Positions 50,030 through 60,815 of a DNA stretch of 64,000 bases are shown here, one piece after another. This DNA is from an uncultured bacterium (GTDB lineage Bacteria; Chloroflexota; UBA5177; JANWHV01): assembly GCA_963827235.1 (NCBI GenBank), contig CAWHAE010000012.1, positions 544,001 through 608,000 on the forward strand, read 5' to 3'. Position 1 is the stretch's first letter, and every line of letters starts with the position of its first letter. Made by a program: the position numbers and the translations under genes. Below the pieces are notes generated by a model. The model had not been told where the DNA came from and did no database searches. It worked only from the letters and a program-made list of their open reading frames with translations.

Positions 50030-51751
50030 ATGAAAACATTGAGGTATCTGGTCCTGGCAGGTCTCCTGGTCGTACCCGGCAGCGTGACGCGCCGCGCGTT
50101 CGGCGCGCCGGACGCCGAAACGGACGATGCCACCGCATCCGGTGGAAACGAAGGTGCCACGGCACGATCGTTGCTCGGGAGCGCCCAGCGGTTGCTGCGG
50201 CTTGCCGGCATTGCTGTGCTAGCGCTCCTGCTCCTCGGGATCGCGGGCTGCAGCAGCTTCGGGACGGGCAGGGCCCATGCAAGTGCTCTCAGGGCCTGTA
50301 CTGACGCCTGGATCGGTCCCTCGACGGGCACCTCCTCCTGGTCGGTCGCCGGCAACTGGTCGCACGGCGTTCCTACCAAAGACGATGTCGCCTGCATCAA
50401 CGACAGCGGCACCTACACGGTCGTCATGGACCATAATGCCGCCTGGCCATGGGAGGTTGGCGCAATCCAGATCGGGGCTCCCGCCGGCAACCCCACCCTC
50501 GAACTGAGCGGGCTCAATCCCCCCGACAATTCCGGAAACGTGAGATTGTGGCTCAACAACGGGACCATTATCGTCGGCGGTAACGGCACACACGGCACCC
50601 TGGCTGTCGTCGCGGACGCCAACGCCTCGGTTAGTATCGAGGATGAAAACCCCAGTAGCACCAACGGCGGCTCGCTCACCATCGCCGCGGGCGGGACGCT
50701 CACCCTGTCCGGACCCAAGGTTGCCGCATGGCAATCCGCACAGGTCCTTGTTCACGTACCGCTGACCATTGAGGCTGGGGGCATGGTCGATGTCGCTGCT
50801 GACACCGGCCTGAACCTGGGACCTCATGGCTCCGTGGGCCTTGGCACCGCCACGGTCAACGCGGGCACTTTTCATATCGAGCACGGTGCCATGGTCACGG
50901 TCATCGGCTCGTTCACACAGTCCGCGGGCAGCCTCCTGGTGGACGGCACGCTCACCGTGATCCCGGACGGCACCTTCACCTTTGCCGGCGGGAAGGAATC
51001 GGGCAGTCCGGTGCTGCTCGCGGGCGCCACCCTGGTCGACGGCCCCTACCCGGGCAGCTTCGATCTCACCTACGCCTGCAAGCTCACGGGGGATATCCCT
51101 GCCGGCCAGACCGTCATGGTCGACGGCCACCCGAACAACACCGCCGTGAGCCTCACTGGACCGACGACGGTCAAAGGCACGCTGGCGCTCGAGGCATTTG
51201 CCACTGGCTGGGCCAAGATCCAGGATGGGAACCCGGGCAGCGCATACAGCGGCTCGCTCACCATCGTCGCAGGCGGGACGCTCACCATGTCCGGGCCTTC
51301 CGGCTCGTCCCCACCGGTCATCATTGGCGTGCCGGTTACCAACCAGACGGGCGGCAGGGTAGACGTCACCGCTAATACCAGCGTTCAACTGGGCCCTGAT
51401 GGCTACGCGGCCACTGCTGCGGTCAACCGGGGCATTTTCCGCATTGGCCGCGGAAGCCAGGTCGTTCTGGGCGGTGCCAGCACCCTGACCAACGACGCGA
51501 AGGGAACCCTGGCAATCACGGTAGACGCGATCAACAAGACGGTGTCGGGCATTTCCGGCGCGGGCGTAACCGCGGGCGGCACACTGGCCATCACGACGCT
51601 GGGCTCACCGGCCTCGGGGTCGTCGTACGTCGTCATTACGGGCCCAGTGAAGGGCAAGTTCGCTACCTGCCGCTCCGGGCCCACGCAGTATGCTGTTCGC
51701 TACGCGGCGGGCACGGCGAGCAACAACGAGGTGCTATTGGTCGTCAGATAA
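50030..51751 (+). CDS. Secreted or surface Gly/Thr-rich beta-helix-like protein with an internal duplication
   Basis: RBS GAGGTG, hydrophobic leader, lipobox-like GIAGC and W.VAGNWS.GVP...D. The segment GSLTI.AGGTLT.SGP occurs twice. Confidence 0.78.
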   Translation: MKTLRYLVLAGLLVVPGSVTRRAFGAPDAETDDATASGGNEGATARSLLGSAQRLLRLAGIAVLALLLLGIAGCSSFGTGRAHASALRACTDAWIGPSTGTSSWSVAGNWSHGVPTKDDVACINDSGTYTVVMDHNAAWPWEVGAIQIGAPAGNPTLELSGLNPPDNSGNVRLWLNNGTIIVGGNGTHGTLAVVADANASVSIEDENPSSTNGGSLTIAAGGTLTLSGPKVAAWQSAQVLVHVPLTIEAGGMVDVAADTGLNLGPHGSVGLGTATVNAGTFHIEHGAMVTVIGSFTQSAGSLLVDGTLTVIPDGTFTFAGGKESGSPVLLAGATLVDGPYPGSFDLTYACKLTGDIPAGQTVMVDGHPNNTAVSLTGPTTVKGTLALEAFATGWAKIQDGNPGSAYSGSLTIVAGGTLTMSGPSGSSPPVIIGVPVTNQTGGRVDVTANTSVQLGPDGYAATAAVNRGIFRIGRGSQVVLGGASTLTNDAKGTLAITVDAINKTVSGISGAGVTAGGTLAITTLGSPASGSSYVVITGPVKGKFATCRSGPTQYAVRYAAGTASNNEVLLVVR

Positions 51752-52388
51752 GGGGCGCACACCGATAGGTGCAGGTTGTCCAGACCGCATCGCATAGCCT
51801 GCAGGTCGCCAGCGCACATCCTGCACTGGCCGAACGCGCCATGCTTATGGCTCAGCATGTGACCTCGGCCCTCTACCTGTGGCAGGTGCGATTCGTTTGC
51901 TCGAAACCAGCTCCGGCTGGGGGATGAGCAGGGCTCCGAGGTCGTGGTGCGTAGCCGCCACCGGGGAGCAACAACTGGTTGTGTGATGTCGGGTGCAATC
52001 CCCGACCCTTCAATTGCAAAGAGGAATGCATCTCCCTCAAAGTAGCGATTGGTCATCAATCCTTGAAGCAGGGAGAAACGCGGCGCAACGCTGAACGCGA
52101 CGGCGTGATGCTGCCGGCAAGTTGCAATGGTCAGCGCAAGCAAATGCCCATCTGAACCGTCGCCAGGAAGGACAGGCCCACGCGAGTTCACGGGCCTGGC
52201 CCAAAAGGGCAGGAATTGGGGCCAGCATCTTTGCCAGTGACTGGTAGGCACTCCCACGAAATCCGGCGGACAGTGTGCACCTACGGCAGCGCCGAACACA
52301 CAATGGGAACGAAGGAACCACTGGCTAGGCTCTCATCGGCGGTCAATACGATGAGCAGGCGACCAGTTTGCATGCCACCAGTGGGGGG

Positions 52389-52887
52389 GGGTGCACCCTA
52401 CTTTTGTGCAGCTGAGCCTGCTCGAGCGGAACGCTGGCGGCAGACAAGGTTGCGCCGCCAGCAGTCTTTCCCCTTGCCCGAGGGCTTGCCGGCGGAGGAG
52501 ATGGGCTCGGCGGCGGCTGGTGGCACAGGGACGGCCGTGCTCGCGGAGAGCGCGGGAGCGTCGAGGGCGGGCGGGGGCGGCGCGGCGCTCGCTCGGTGCG
52601 TCGGATGGGCGGCAGGGGTTGGGGGCGGTGCTGGGCGCCGTAGCAGCCGCCGGAGGGAGCAGGCGCAGGCGAGTCAGCGGTTTGCTGGCCCAGCACACGT
52701 TCCAGCGGTCATGCGCGCTGGAGTAGAGGGCGCGGAGGCTGGCGATGGCCTGGGCGCCCTCCCGCGTCCCGCGCATGTCGGCGCCTTTGTGGCGCTTGCT
52801 GATCAATACCTTGCAGGCACTCTCCACGGCCCCCGAGCCGAACGGGAGGGCACGCGCGACGAAGGTGGGGTACGCCATGCGCGCCAC
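52389..52887 (-). mobile_element. ISKra4/ISLre2-like transposase 3' remnant with probable right end
   Basis: RMAYPTF....LPFGSGAVESACK.LI..R.KGA.MR....GAQAI..LRA. End-like sequence CACAAAAGTAGGGTGCACCC on the minus strand, ending near 52389. Confidence 0.8.
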
Positions 52888-53427
52888 GTTGTCGCGCTCT
52901 GCGACCGACGCAGCGCGATCACTAGGCTGCCCGTCTGACGATCAGCTGTGCCGGCAATGGCACGCTTGTACGTGCCTTGCGCATCGCGCACGTCTCCACT
53001 GACCTACCACGGACGCTTGCTGCAATCACGGTAACGCCACTGGTGCGAGTCGGGGACTGAAGCGCGTCGGCGGCAATTGGGGGAAGCTGGGTCTGTATAG
53101 CCTATACAGTCGCGCTCGGTCGGCCCTTGCAGCGCAAGTCACAATACCGCAATGCCTGGCGCGATCCCGAGGCCGATGGCATGCTGCGCCCGGGGTGCCG
53201 GCAGGAGAGCGTACCGTGATCAATCCCTCCGATAAGCTACGTGCTATGCTTCAGGCGCGGCTTTGGTGCTTGCCTTTGGTGGGGTCGGAGCTGATCGAGC
53301 TAGTGCGGCTCGAAGGAGGCCGTCGCTCGCTAGTCGCCGTTCGGTCTTTGCCAGGAGTTCCTTGCACCATGGTCAATCCTGTTCTCGGCAGGTAGGAAGA
53401 GCGGATGTCTAGATAGGGGGCTATCGT

Positions 53428-54144
53428 ATGAGCAGAAGGTCGATCTCCAGTGGCTTGCTGCGGTTCATCTGGGTAGCGGCCTCTCTGGCGCTGCTCGCGA
53501 TTGTGTATCCCGGCGCTGCCCAGAGAAGTGTGGCAGCGACGGCGCCAGGCGCCGCAGCGGCGAGCCCGGCGTTCAGGGATGGCTTCACTTCGGCCAATTG
53601 GATGACGGAGAAGACCGCAAAGCTTTACCAGGTGGCGGCAACCGCCAGCGTGGTGCGCTTCAGCACGCCGGGCGGAGGGGCGGGCGGTTTTCAATGGGTG
53701 GGACTCCAGTTCAGGCACCAGATCCGCGGGAACTTCGACATCAGCATCCAGTACTCCAAGGCTAGTATTAAGCGGGTTAACGGGAGCCCTGCCAACCAAG
53801 TTCAGCTGAACGCGGTGTTCGGCGGCCAGATATTCTGCGTGGTGCGCGATGATGACGTGGTTGCCGGGAACAACTACCACATCTATACAGGGGGTTGGCA
53901 CGGCACGGTGAAGACCAGTGCGACATCGGGGGTGCTCAGGATTGTGCGTGTGGGCAGCACAGTGAGCGGCTACGCCGACGATACACGGCTCTACCAGGGA
54001 ACGTACAACAGCAGCCCTGTGACACAACTGTGGTTCTCGTTGCAGAACAACGGCACGGTCGATCCGATTTCGGTCACGTTCAGCAAATTCGTGCTCTCCG
54101 CTGGCACGATATCCCAGGCTTTGGGTGTTCCCTTGCTGAAGTAG
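53428..54144 (+). CDS. Secreted hypothetical protein, beta-sandwich (ConA-like) predicted
   Basis: RBS AGGGGG, signal peptide, alternating beta pattern (IRGNFDISIQY, LRIVRVGSTVSGY). Confidence 0.75.
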   Translation: MSRRSISSGLLRFIWVAASLALLAIVYPGAAQRSVAATAPGAAAASPAFRDGFTSANWMTEKTAKLYQVAATASVVRFSTPGGGAGGFQWVGLQFRHQIRGNFDISIQYSKASIKRVNGSPANQVQLNAVFGGQIFCVVRDDDVVAGNNYHIYTGGWHGTVKTSATSGVLRIVRVGSTVSGYADDTRLYQGTYNSSPVTQLWFSLQNNGTVDPISVTFSKFVLSAGTISQALGVPLLK

Positions 54145-54816
54145 GCGAGGCCTGCGGCCAGGACCCCGGCATTGCACACAGTGGGCGACAAGCGTTTGGT
54201 CCGTCTGCAGGATCGTTCCAACGTCGAGACCGGCGGCGGCGACTGCCCAGTCGCCTGCCGTACAGTCTGGCCTGCGTGCAACAAGTGCCGGTCCACTACA
54301 GTCGGAGCGATGGTCGCATCGAGACCCTTCCGCCACACTGAACGCGAGTACGGCGCGGATCGCATGCATAGTAGAGTAGGGTCATCCTTCCCCGGCCACG
54401 AGCACGCATGGACGATTAGCATTAGTCGGGAGTGACCCGACTCAAGGAGGCGGACAGGGCACCCACGTCGCGCTCGAGACGTCCGGCGTTGAGGTAATGC
54501 GGGATCGCCCGTCGAGCCGCGAGGCACAGGGCGACGGAGTCGCCGCCGTACTCCGCGCACGGGAGAGCCGTGTACATGGGGAAGGGCGGCAGGTACCTGC
54601 GGCCTGGGGACATGCCGGTAGGCGAGATGCCACTGCAGTAGGTGCCTCGGCCGGCCTAATTCCTGCCATTCTGCGGCTGGAGGCCACCTCCAGAGCCGTG
54701 GACTGCTCGGGTCATAGCCGCGATCGGACGGATCAGCTAGAGTAGCGCTACGGTCGGGCTCGGTAGGCAGGTCGCTCGGACCCGGCATGGGCGCGTGTAT
54801 ATTTCGACACACTTTC

Positions 54817-54855
54817 ATGTAAGTGCTTGCATGCATTTCTGGCCTGCGCTAGAAT
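54817..54855 (+). promoter_or_regulatory. Promoter with a TetR-type palindromic operator over the -35
   Basis: ATGTAAGTGCTTGCAT at 54817-54832. TTGCAT-17 nt-TAGAAT(54850). Confidence 0.6.
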
Positions 54856-54909
54856 CTTGGCTGGCTCAGCAGTGGGCAGAGCGACCCTCCGTTAGGTGAC
54901 CCGAGAATA

Positions 54910-55501
54910 ATGACCGCCAGACCGAGTACCAAGGACAGGCTCTTGCGTGCCTTTCTCGATCTCGTAGCCGAACACGGGTATGAAGGCTCGACCACGCGCG
55001 CGGTGGCCGACGCCGCCGGGGTGAACGAGGTCACGTTATTCCGGCTCTTCGGGGACAAGGCTTCCCTTGCCCGGGCTGCCATCGGAGCGATCTCGGCGGA
55101 TGCTGCCTTGGCAGCATACGATCCCCCAGATCGATGCCTCCGATCCCGCCAAGGCAGCAGCAGATCTCTGTGCCTGCCTGGTGTTCCTGCGTGATCGGCT
55201 GCGCAGCCAGCCCTTCTTGATCAATCCGGTGCTGCGCGAGCTGGCTCGACGGGTATGCCGCGGCTGCGACACCAACCCTGGTCCGAGCTACGCCTTCGCC
55301 ATTATCCGGAGCGCTCTGACGAAAGCCATGCCGGTTCTACGGCCTGAAGTGGACATCACTGCCGCGACGCTGAGCCTGCTTGGCCTCATGGTGATCTTCC
55401 TTATGGAGGAGCGGTATTCGCAAAGTGTGGACATCGCCAGGGGCGATGCACTGTTCGTCGCAGCCCTTCGTCCATTGATTAGGTGGAATCCCGAAGCCTG
55501 A
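54910..55501 (+). pseudogene. TetR/AcrR family regulator, frameshifted in a C5 run at 55123-55127
   Basis: HTH STTRAVADAAGVNEVTLFRLFGDK. Removing one C restores YDPQIDASDP and the helical C-terminus. Confidence 0.85.
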
Positions 55502-55526
55502 TTCGCCGGCTTCCTCAGGAGGTGTT

Positions 55527-57842
55527 ATGGAGCCCCTTTTCACGGCACTCGCTGGCTTCTGTGTCCGCTTCAAGTACCCGGTGGCAGTGCTCTGGATCGT
55601 CGTGACGATCGCCAGCGTGGCGCTGTGTCCGGGTCTCTCCAGCGTCGCCAAGGATCAAAACAGCAGCTTCCTCCCGTCGAGCGCGCCGAGCATGCAAGCG
55701 GCTGGGCTTGCCTCTCCCTGGCGCGACGTCGACCTCATCACCGGGGCGATCGTCGCCGCTCGCGCCGATGGCATTCTCACGAAATCAGACCAGGCTGCAA
55801 TCGGTCGCCTTGCCGCTGCCATCCGCATGCTGCCTCACGTCAAGACCTTTCAGGATCAAGGCGTGGCGGTAGACGGGAAAGCTCGTCAGTTCAGTATCCA
55901 GGCCGACGTCAACTGGAGCGGCACGGGAACGGCCAAGACGCTCGTGGATACCATCCGTCACGACTTCACCACAGTTGGCGCCCCGCCCGGCCTCGAGATG
56001 CACGTGACCGGCGAGCTGGGCATTCTGGTCGATCAGGCGGTGGCACAGTCGAGCTCGCAGGGCAAGACGACGTATCTCTCCTACCTGTTCATCATCGTGC
56101 TGCTGCTGATCGCTTTCCGCGCCCTGCTTGCGCCGCTCGTCACTCTCCTGCCGGCCGCCCTGGTGCTGGCGCTTTCCGGTCCGGTGATCGCCGCATCCAC
56201 GCACCTGGGCGTGCAGGTGGGCACCATCACCCAGATCATCCTGATCGTGCTTATCCTGGGCGCCGGCACCGACTACGGACTCTTCCTCGTCTTCCGCGTG
56301 CGCGAGGAGCTGCTCCGCGGGCGCACGACCAACGACGCTGTGATCCATTCGCTGACGAACGTTGGCGAGACGATCAGCTTCTCGGCATTCACGGTAATCG
56401 CCGCCATGCTCAGTCTGCTGCTGTCCGAGTTCGGCTTCTACCAGGGGTTGGGACCGGCTCTGGCCATCGGCATCGGCTTGATGCTTCTCGCCGGCCTGAC
56501 CCTGCTGCCAGCCGTCCTCGCCATCTTCGGTCGCGCGGTCTTCTGGCCCTCGAACACGACGGCGAGCGCGGGGGACAAGATCGGCATCTGGGGCGCAACC
56601 GCCGTGCGCGTGGTGCGCCGGCCCGTGGTCACGTTGGTCGCCCTGATCGGGGTATTCGTGCTCCTGGCCTGCGGTCTGATCAACTCCGGTACGACCGGCT
56701 TTGGCGATACCGTGAGCGGGCCGAAAGGCAGCGACTCGGCGGCCGGCCAGGCCCTGATCGCCGTCCACTGGCCGCAGTCGGGGGACAGCATCTACCAGTC
56801 GCTCATTCTCTTCCGCTTCGATCAGCCGGTCTGGAGCCAGCTCGATAAGCTCAACACCATCCAGTCCAACCTGGCGGCCAGCGGTGCCTTCGTCCCGCGC
56901 AGTCTCAGCGGCCCGCTCAACCCGTATGGCGCTCATCTGACCACCGTGCAGCTGGCCGCGCTACACAAGCAGCTCGGTCCGGCGCAAGCCTTGCCGGCGG
57001 TGCAGCCCGCCAGCCTCAAGAAGGTGGCGCCGCTCGCCTACATGGCTTACCGCGCCACGTTCCTTTACATAAGCGCGGACGGCAAGACGGTGCAGTGGAT
57101 CGGCATGACCACGGCCAACAACACTGGCAGCACGCACGATTTGAACCAGATGCCGGTGCTGCGCGATAGCGTCGGCGCGCTTGGGCGGCAAGTGCGGGCC
57201 GCGCAAACCGGCGTCTTCAGCGATATGGCATTCTCGTACGACGTCAGCTCCCTCGCCAACGACGACCTGCACCACATCATTCCTTTCGTGGCGATAGTGA
57301 TTGCCATTCTGCTGGCCATTGTGCTGCGCAGTCTGATGGCGCCGCTTTACCTGGTGGCCAGCGTCGTGCTTTCCTATCTGGCTGCCCTGGGCTTCGCGTC
57401 CTACGTGTTCGTGCACTTCGGTCCCAACTCGGGTCTCAACTTCGTGCTGCCGTTCCTGGTGTTCATCTTCCTCACCGCGCTGGGGTCCGACTACAATATC
57501 CTGGTTATGACCCGCATCCGCGAGGAGGCGAAGAAGCGGCCTCTGCGCCAGGCCGTCTGGTATGCCGTGGGCGTAAGCGGCAGCACGATCACTACGGCGG
57601 GCACTATCCTTGCCGGCACATTCGCCGTGCTCGCCTTTGCTGCCGGCGACCAGAGTGGCGCCGATCAGATGCGCCAGATCGGCTACGGCATCGCCGCCGG
57701 CGTGCTGATGGATACGTTCCTGATCAGGTCGCTGCTCGTGCCCGCCTTCGTGACCTTGCTCGGGCGCTGGAACTGGTGGCCCTCCAAGCTCTTCCGCCAC
57801 CAGATCGATGAGGAGCCGAGCGACGTCGAGGGCGCGGCCTAG
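55527..57842 (+). CDS. MMPL/RND family transporter
   Basis: RBS AGGAGG, GAGTDYGLFLVFR.REE, ALGSDYNILVMTRIREE and LGRWNWWP. Confidence 0.93.
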   Translation: MEPLFTALAGFCVRFKYPVAVLWIVVTIASVALCPGLSSVAKDQNSSFLPSSAPSMQAAGLASPWRDVDLITGAIVAARADGILTKSDQAAIGRLAAAIRMLPHVKTFQDQGVAVDGKARQFSIQADVNWSGTGTAKTLVDTIRHDFTTVGAPPGLEMHVTGELGILVDQAVAQSSSQGKTTYLSYLFIIVLLLIAFRALLAPLVTLLPAALVLALSGPVIAASTHLGVQVGTITQIILIVLILGAGTDYGLFLVFRVREELLRGRTTNDAVIHSLTNVGETISFSAFTVIAAMLSLLLSEFGFYQGLGPALAIGIGLMLLAGLTLLPAVLAIFGRAVFWPSNTTASAGDKIGIWGATAVRVVRRPVVTLVALIGVFVLLACGLINSGTTGFGDTVSGPKGSDSAAGQALIAVHWPQSGDSIYQSLILFRFDQPVWSQLDKLNTIQSNLAASGAFVPRSLSGPLNPYGAHLTTVQLAALHKQLGPAQALPAVQPASLKKVAPLAYMAYRATFLYISADGKTVQWIGMTTANNTGSTHDLNQMPVLRDSVGALGRQVRAAQTGVFSDMAFSYDVSSLANDDLHHIIPFVAIVIAILLAIVLRSLMAPLYLVASVVLSYLAALGFASYVFVHFGPNSGLNFVLPFLVFIFLTALGSDYNILVMTRIREEAKKRPLRQAVWYAVGVSGSTITTAGTILAGTFAVLAFAAGDQSGADQMRQIGYGIAAGVLMDTFLIRSLLVPAFVTLLGRWNWWPSKLFRHQIDEEPSDVEGAA

Positions 57843-57878
57843 CGCCGACCGGTTCGTCGCCTCTTCTGCGTGCAAACA

Positions 57879-57910
57879 GAGGCGGACCCGCCCAACGGCG
57901 GGTCCGCCTC
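57879..57910. terminator. Hairpin between the convergent MMPL and clpB genes
   Basis: 14-bp perfect stem GAGGCGGACCCGCC-caac-GGCGGGTCCGCCTC. Confidence 0.7.
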
Positions 57911-58087
57911 CTCGTTCCCGGCGGGCCGTTGCAGGACAAGCCGGTGTGCGTGTATTGCCCCAAGTATTCGGCTAAGTGGCAGGATCCGGATCGAGCGTGA
58001 GGCCCTCGTAGAGGCGGACGACGGGGAGCAGCATGTCGACGCTCTCGAGGGGAACAGTGGTCCCTTCGACGAAGGTGAACATGTGTG

Positions 58088-60709
58088 CTACTTCACAGCC
58101 GCTCCGGCGGTTGCTGCCTCCATCTCGCCGTGCTTGAACACAAGCCGGCCACCCTCCACGTCGACGAGCACCGTGTCGCCTCCGGCGAAGTCGCCGGCGA
58201 GCAAGGCCGAGGCCAGCGGATCCATGATGCGCCGCTGCAGCACCCGCTTGAGAGGACGGGCACCGTACACGGGATCGTAGCCTTCCTCGGCGATCATGTC
58301 CTTAGCTTCCGGCGACAGCTCCAGATCCACATGGCGGTCGGCCAGGCGCCCGCGCAGAGCCCTGAGTTGAATGTCGACGATCTCGCCGATCTGGCCGCGC
58401 GTCAGCGTGGCGAAGGTGACGACGTCGTCCACGCGATTGAGGAACTCCGGTCGGAAGTGTGACCGCAGCGCCTCGTTCACCCGCCGCCGCATCTCTTCCT
58501 GGTCCGACGGTCCCAGCTCGGCGATGTACTGGCTGCCGATGTTGCTCGTCATCACGATGATGGTGTTCGTGAAGTCAACCGTTCTGCCCTGTCCGTCGGT
58601 GAGCCGGCCGTCGTCCAGCACCTGCAGCAGGATGTTGAAGACGTCCGCGTGCGCCTTCTCAATCTCGTCGAGCAGCAACACGCAGTAGGGCCGGCGACGA
58701 ACCGCCTCGGTCAGCTGGCCGCCTTCGTCGTATCCTATGTATCCCGGCGGGGCACCCACCAGGCGGGACACGCTGTGTCGCTCCATGTACTCGCTCATGT
58801 CGAGGCGGATCATGGCGCGCTCGTCGTCGAACAGGAATTCGGCCAGCGCCCGGGCCAGCTCGGTCTTGCCCACGCCGGTCGGTCCGAGGAAAATGAACGA
58901 GCCCAGCGGGCGGTTGGGATCCTGCAGGCCGGCGCGGGCCCGGCGAAGGGCGTTGGCGACGGCGCCGATTGCCTCGTCCTGGCCCACTACCCGGAGATGC
59001 AGGCTCTCTTCCATGCGCAGAAGCTTGCGCATCTCGGCCTCCATTAGCCGGTTGACCGGGATGCCGGTCCAACGGCTGACGACGGTGGCGATGTCCTCTT
59101 CGCCCACTTCCTCTTTCAGCAGACGCCGTTCCCCTTCACCCGCGTCCAGCGCCGCCTGCTTCTCGCGCAGCTCACGCTCGAGGGCCGGGAGGGTGCCGTA
59201 GCGCAGCTCGGCGGCCCGGTTGAGATCGTAGGCGCGCTCGGCCTGCTCCATTTGCAGCTTTGCCGTCTCGATTCTCTCGCGCAGGTTGCGCACCGCGGTG
59301 ATCGCAGCTTTCTCCTGCTGCCATCGCGCCTTCAGCGCTCCGCCTTCTTCGCCCAGCTCGGCGATCTCGGCTTCCAGGCGCTGCAGGCGGTCGCGCGAGC
59401 CGGCATCGGTCTCCTTTTGCAGGGCCTGGCGCTCGACTTCGAGCTGCATGCGCCGCCGTTCAATCTCGTCGAGCTCCGCCGGCATGGAATCTATCTCCAT
59501 GCGCAGGGTGGCCGCGGCCTCGTCGATCAGGTCGATCGCCTTGTCCGGCAGGAACCTATCCGCTATGTAGCGGTTGGAGAGCACGGCGGCGGCCACCAGC
59601 GCCGCGTCCTTGATCTGTACGCCGTGATGGACTTCATAGCGCTCGCGCAGTCCGCGCAGGATGCTGATCGTGTCCTCCACCGTGGGCTCGCTGACCAGCA
59701 CCTGCTGGAACCGGCGCTCCAGGGCGGCATCCTTCTCTATGTTCTTGCGGTATTCGTCCAGCGTGGTGGCGCCTATGCAGTGCAGCTCGCCCCGGGCCAG
59801 CATCGGCTTGAGCAGGTTGCTTGCATCCATGGCGCCTTCGACCTTGCCCGCGCCGACCACGGTATGGATCTCATCGATGAACAGGATGACGCCTCCCGCG
59901 GCCTTCTGCACATCCTGCAGCACCGCCTTGAGCCGTTCCTCGAACTCGCCGCGATACTTGGCGCCGGCGATCAGCGCACCCATGTCGAGGGCGATCAAGC
60001 GCCGGTCTTTCAGGCCCTCGGGCACGTCGCCGCGGACGATGCGAGTGGCCAGCCCTTCGGCGATGGCGGTCTTGCCCACGCCAGGCTCGCCGATCAGCAC
60101 CGGGTTGTTCTTCGTGCGCCTGGAGAGGATCTGCATCACACGCCTGATCTCGTCGTCGCGTCCGATCACGGGATCGAGCTTGCCCGCGCGGGCAAGCTCG
60201 GTGAGGTCGCGCCCGTAGCGCTCGAGGGCCCGGTACGTCTCCTCCGAGCTTGCCGACGTGGCGCGCTTGCCGCCTCGAACGCTCTCCACGGCGGCGCGGA
60301 TGCGACTCGTCTCACCGCCGGCCTGCCGCAGCAGGTCGCCTGCACGGTCGCCGCGCGGCGACGACGCCAGGGCCAGCAGCAGATGTTCGACCGCGAGGTA
60401 GGCGTCACCCATGCCCACTGCTTCTCCGTGAGCGCGCGTCACGGCGCCGCGAAAGCCGGAGGAGTAGCCGATCTGCGCGTCGCCGCCCACGCGCGGCAAC
60501 CTGGCGATCTCCTGGTCGGCGCGTCGCTTTAGCCCTGCCGGCTCGACCTGAGCCTGGCGCAACACCGCCGTGACCAGGCCTTCCGGGTGCGCGAGCATGG
60601 CGCTCAACAGGTGGAGCGTCTCGACCTCCGGATTGCCATTCGCAGTCGCCTGATTCTGAGCATCCAGGATCGCCTCCTGGGCTTTCTCGGTCAACTGGTA
60701 CTCATTCAT
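58088..60709 (-). CDS. clpB: ATP-dependent chaperone ClpB
   Basis: [18 protein letters not shown], long coiled-coil M domain, GPTGVGKT and YGARPLKR. 873 aa. Confidence 0.97.
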   Translation of the reverse strand: MNEYQLTEKAQEAILDAQNQATANGNPEVETLHLLSAMLAHPEGLVTAVLRQAQVEPAGLKRRADQEIARLPRVGGDAQIGYSSGFRGAVTRAHGEAVGMGDAYLAVEHLLLALASSPRGDRAGDLLRQAGGETSRIRAAVESVRGGKRATSASSEETYRALERYGRDLTELARAGKLDPVIGRDDEIRRVMQILSRRTKNNPVLIGEPGVGKTAIAEGLATRIVRGDVPEGLKDRRLIALDMGALIAGAKYRGEFEERLKAVLQDVQKAAGGVILFIDEIHTVVGAGKVEGAMDASNLLKPMLARGELHCIGATTLDEYRKNIEKDAALERRFQQVLVSEPTVEDTISILRGLRERYEVHHGVQIKDAALVAAAVLSNRYIADRFLPDKAIDLIDEAAATLRMEIDSMPAELDEIERRRMQLEVERQALQKETDAGSRDRLQRLEAEIAELGEEGGALKARWQQEKAAITAVRNLRERIETAKLQMEQAERAYDLNRAAELRYGTLPALERELREKQAALDAGEGERRLLKEEVGEEDIATVVSRWTGIPVNRLMEAEMRKLLRMEESLHLRVVGQDEAIGAVANALRRARAGLQDPNRPLGSFIFLGPTGVGKTELARALAEFLFDDERAMIRLDMSEYMERHSVSRLVGAPPGYIGYDEGGQLTEAVRRRPYCVLLLDEIEKAHADVFNILLQVLDDGRLTDGQGRTVDFTNTIIVMTSNIGSQYIAELGPSDQEEMRRRVNEALRSHFRPEFLNRVDDVVTFATLTRGQIGEIVDIQLRALRGRLADRHVDLELSPEAKDMIAEEGYDPVYGARPLKRVLQRRIMDPLASALLAGDFAGGDTVLVDVEGGRLVFKHGEMEAATAGAAVK

Positions 60710-60749
60710 GATTCAACACCCATGCCACGTTTCTTGTACGCTGGACGCA

Positions 60750-60784
60750 TAGAATACTTGATAGTCATTCTATCAAGTATTCTA
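60750..60784. promoter_or_regulatory. HAIR-like (HspR-type) operator upstream of clpB
   Basis: Perfect 15-bp inverted repeat with core CTTGATA-N7-TATCAAG. Confidence 0.75.
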
Positions 60785-60815
60785 CATCGTGGCGGGGCAG
60801 GAATCAAGTCTCGAT

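Noticed and set aside
51760-52330. Lower-GC stretch with a faint IS256-like phrase (HWQRCWPQFLPF)
   Set aside because: Too short, and no flanking transposase motifs.
54422-54720. Short minus-strand ORFs upstream of tetR
   Set aside because: No RBS, an internal stop and no recognisable motif.
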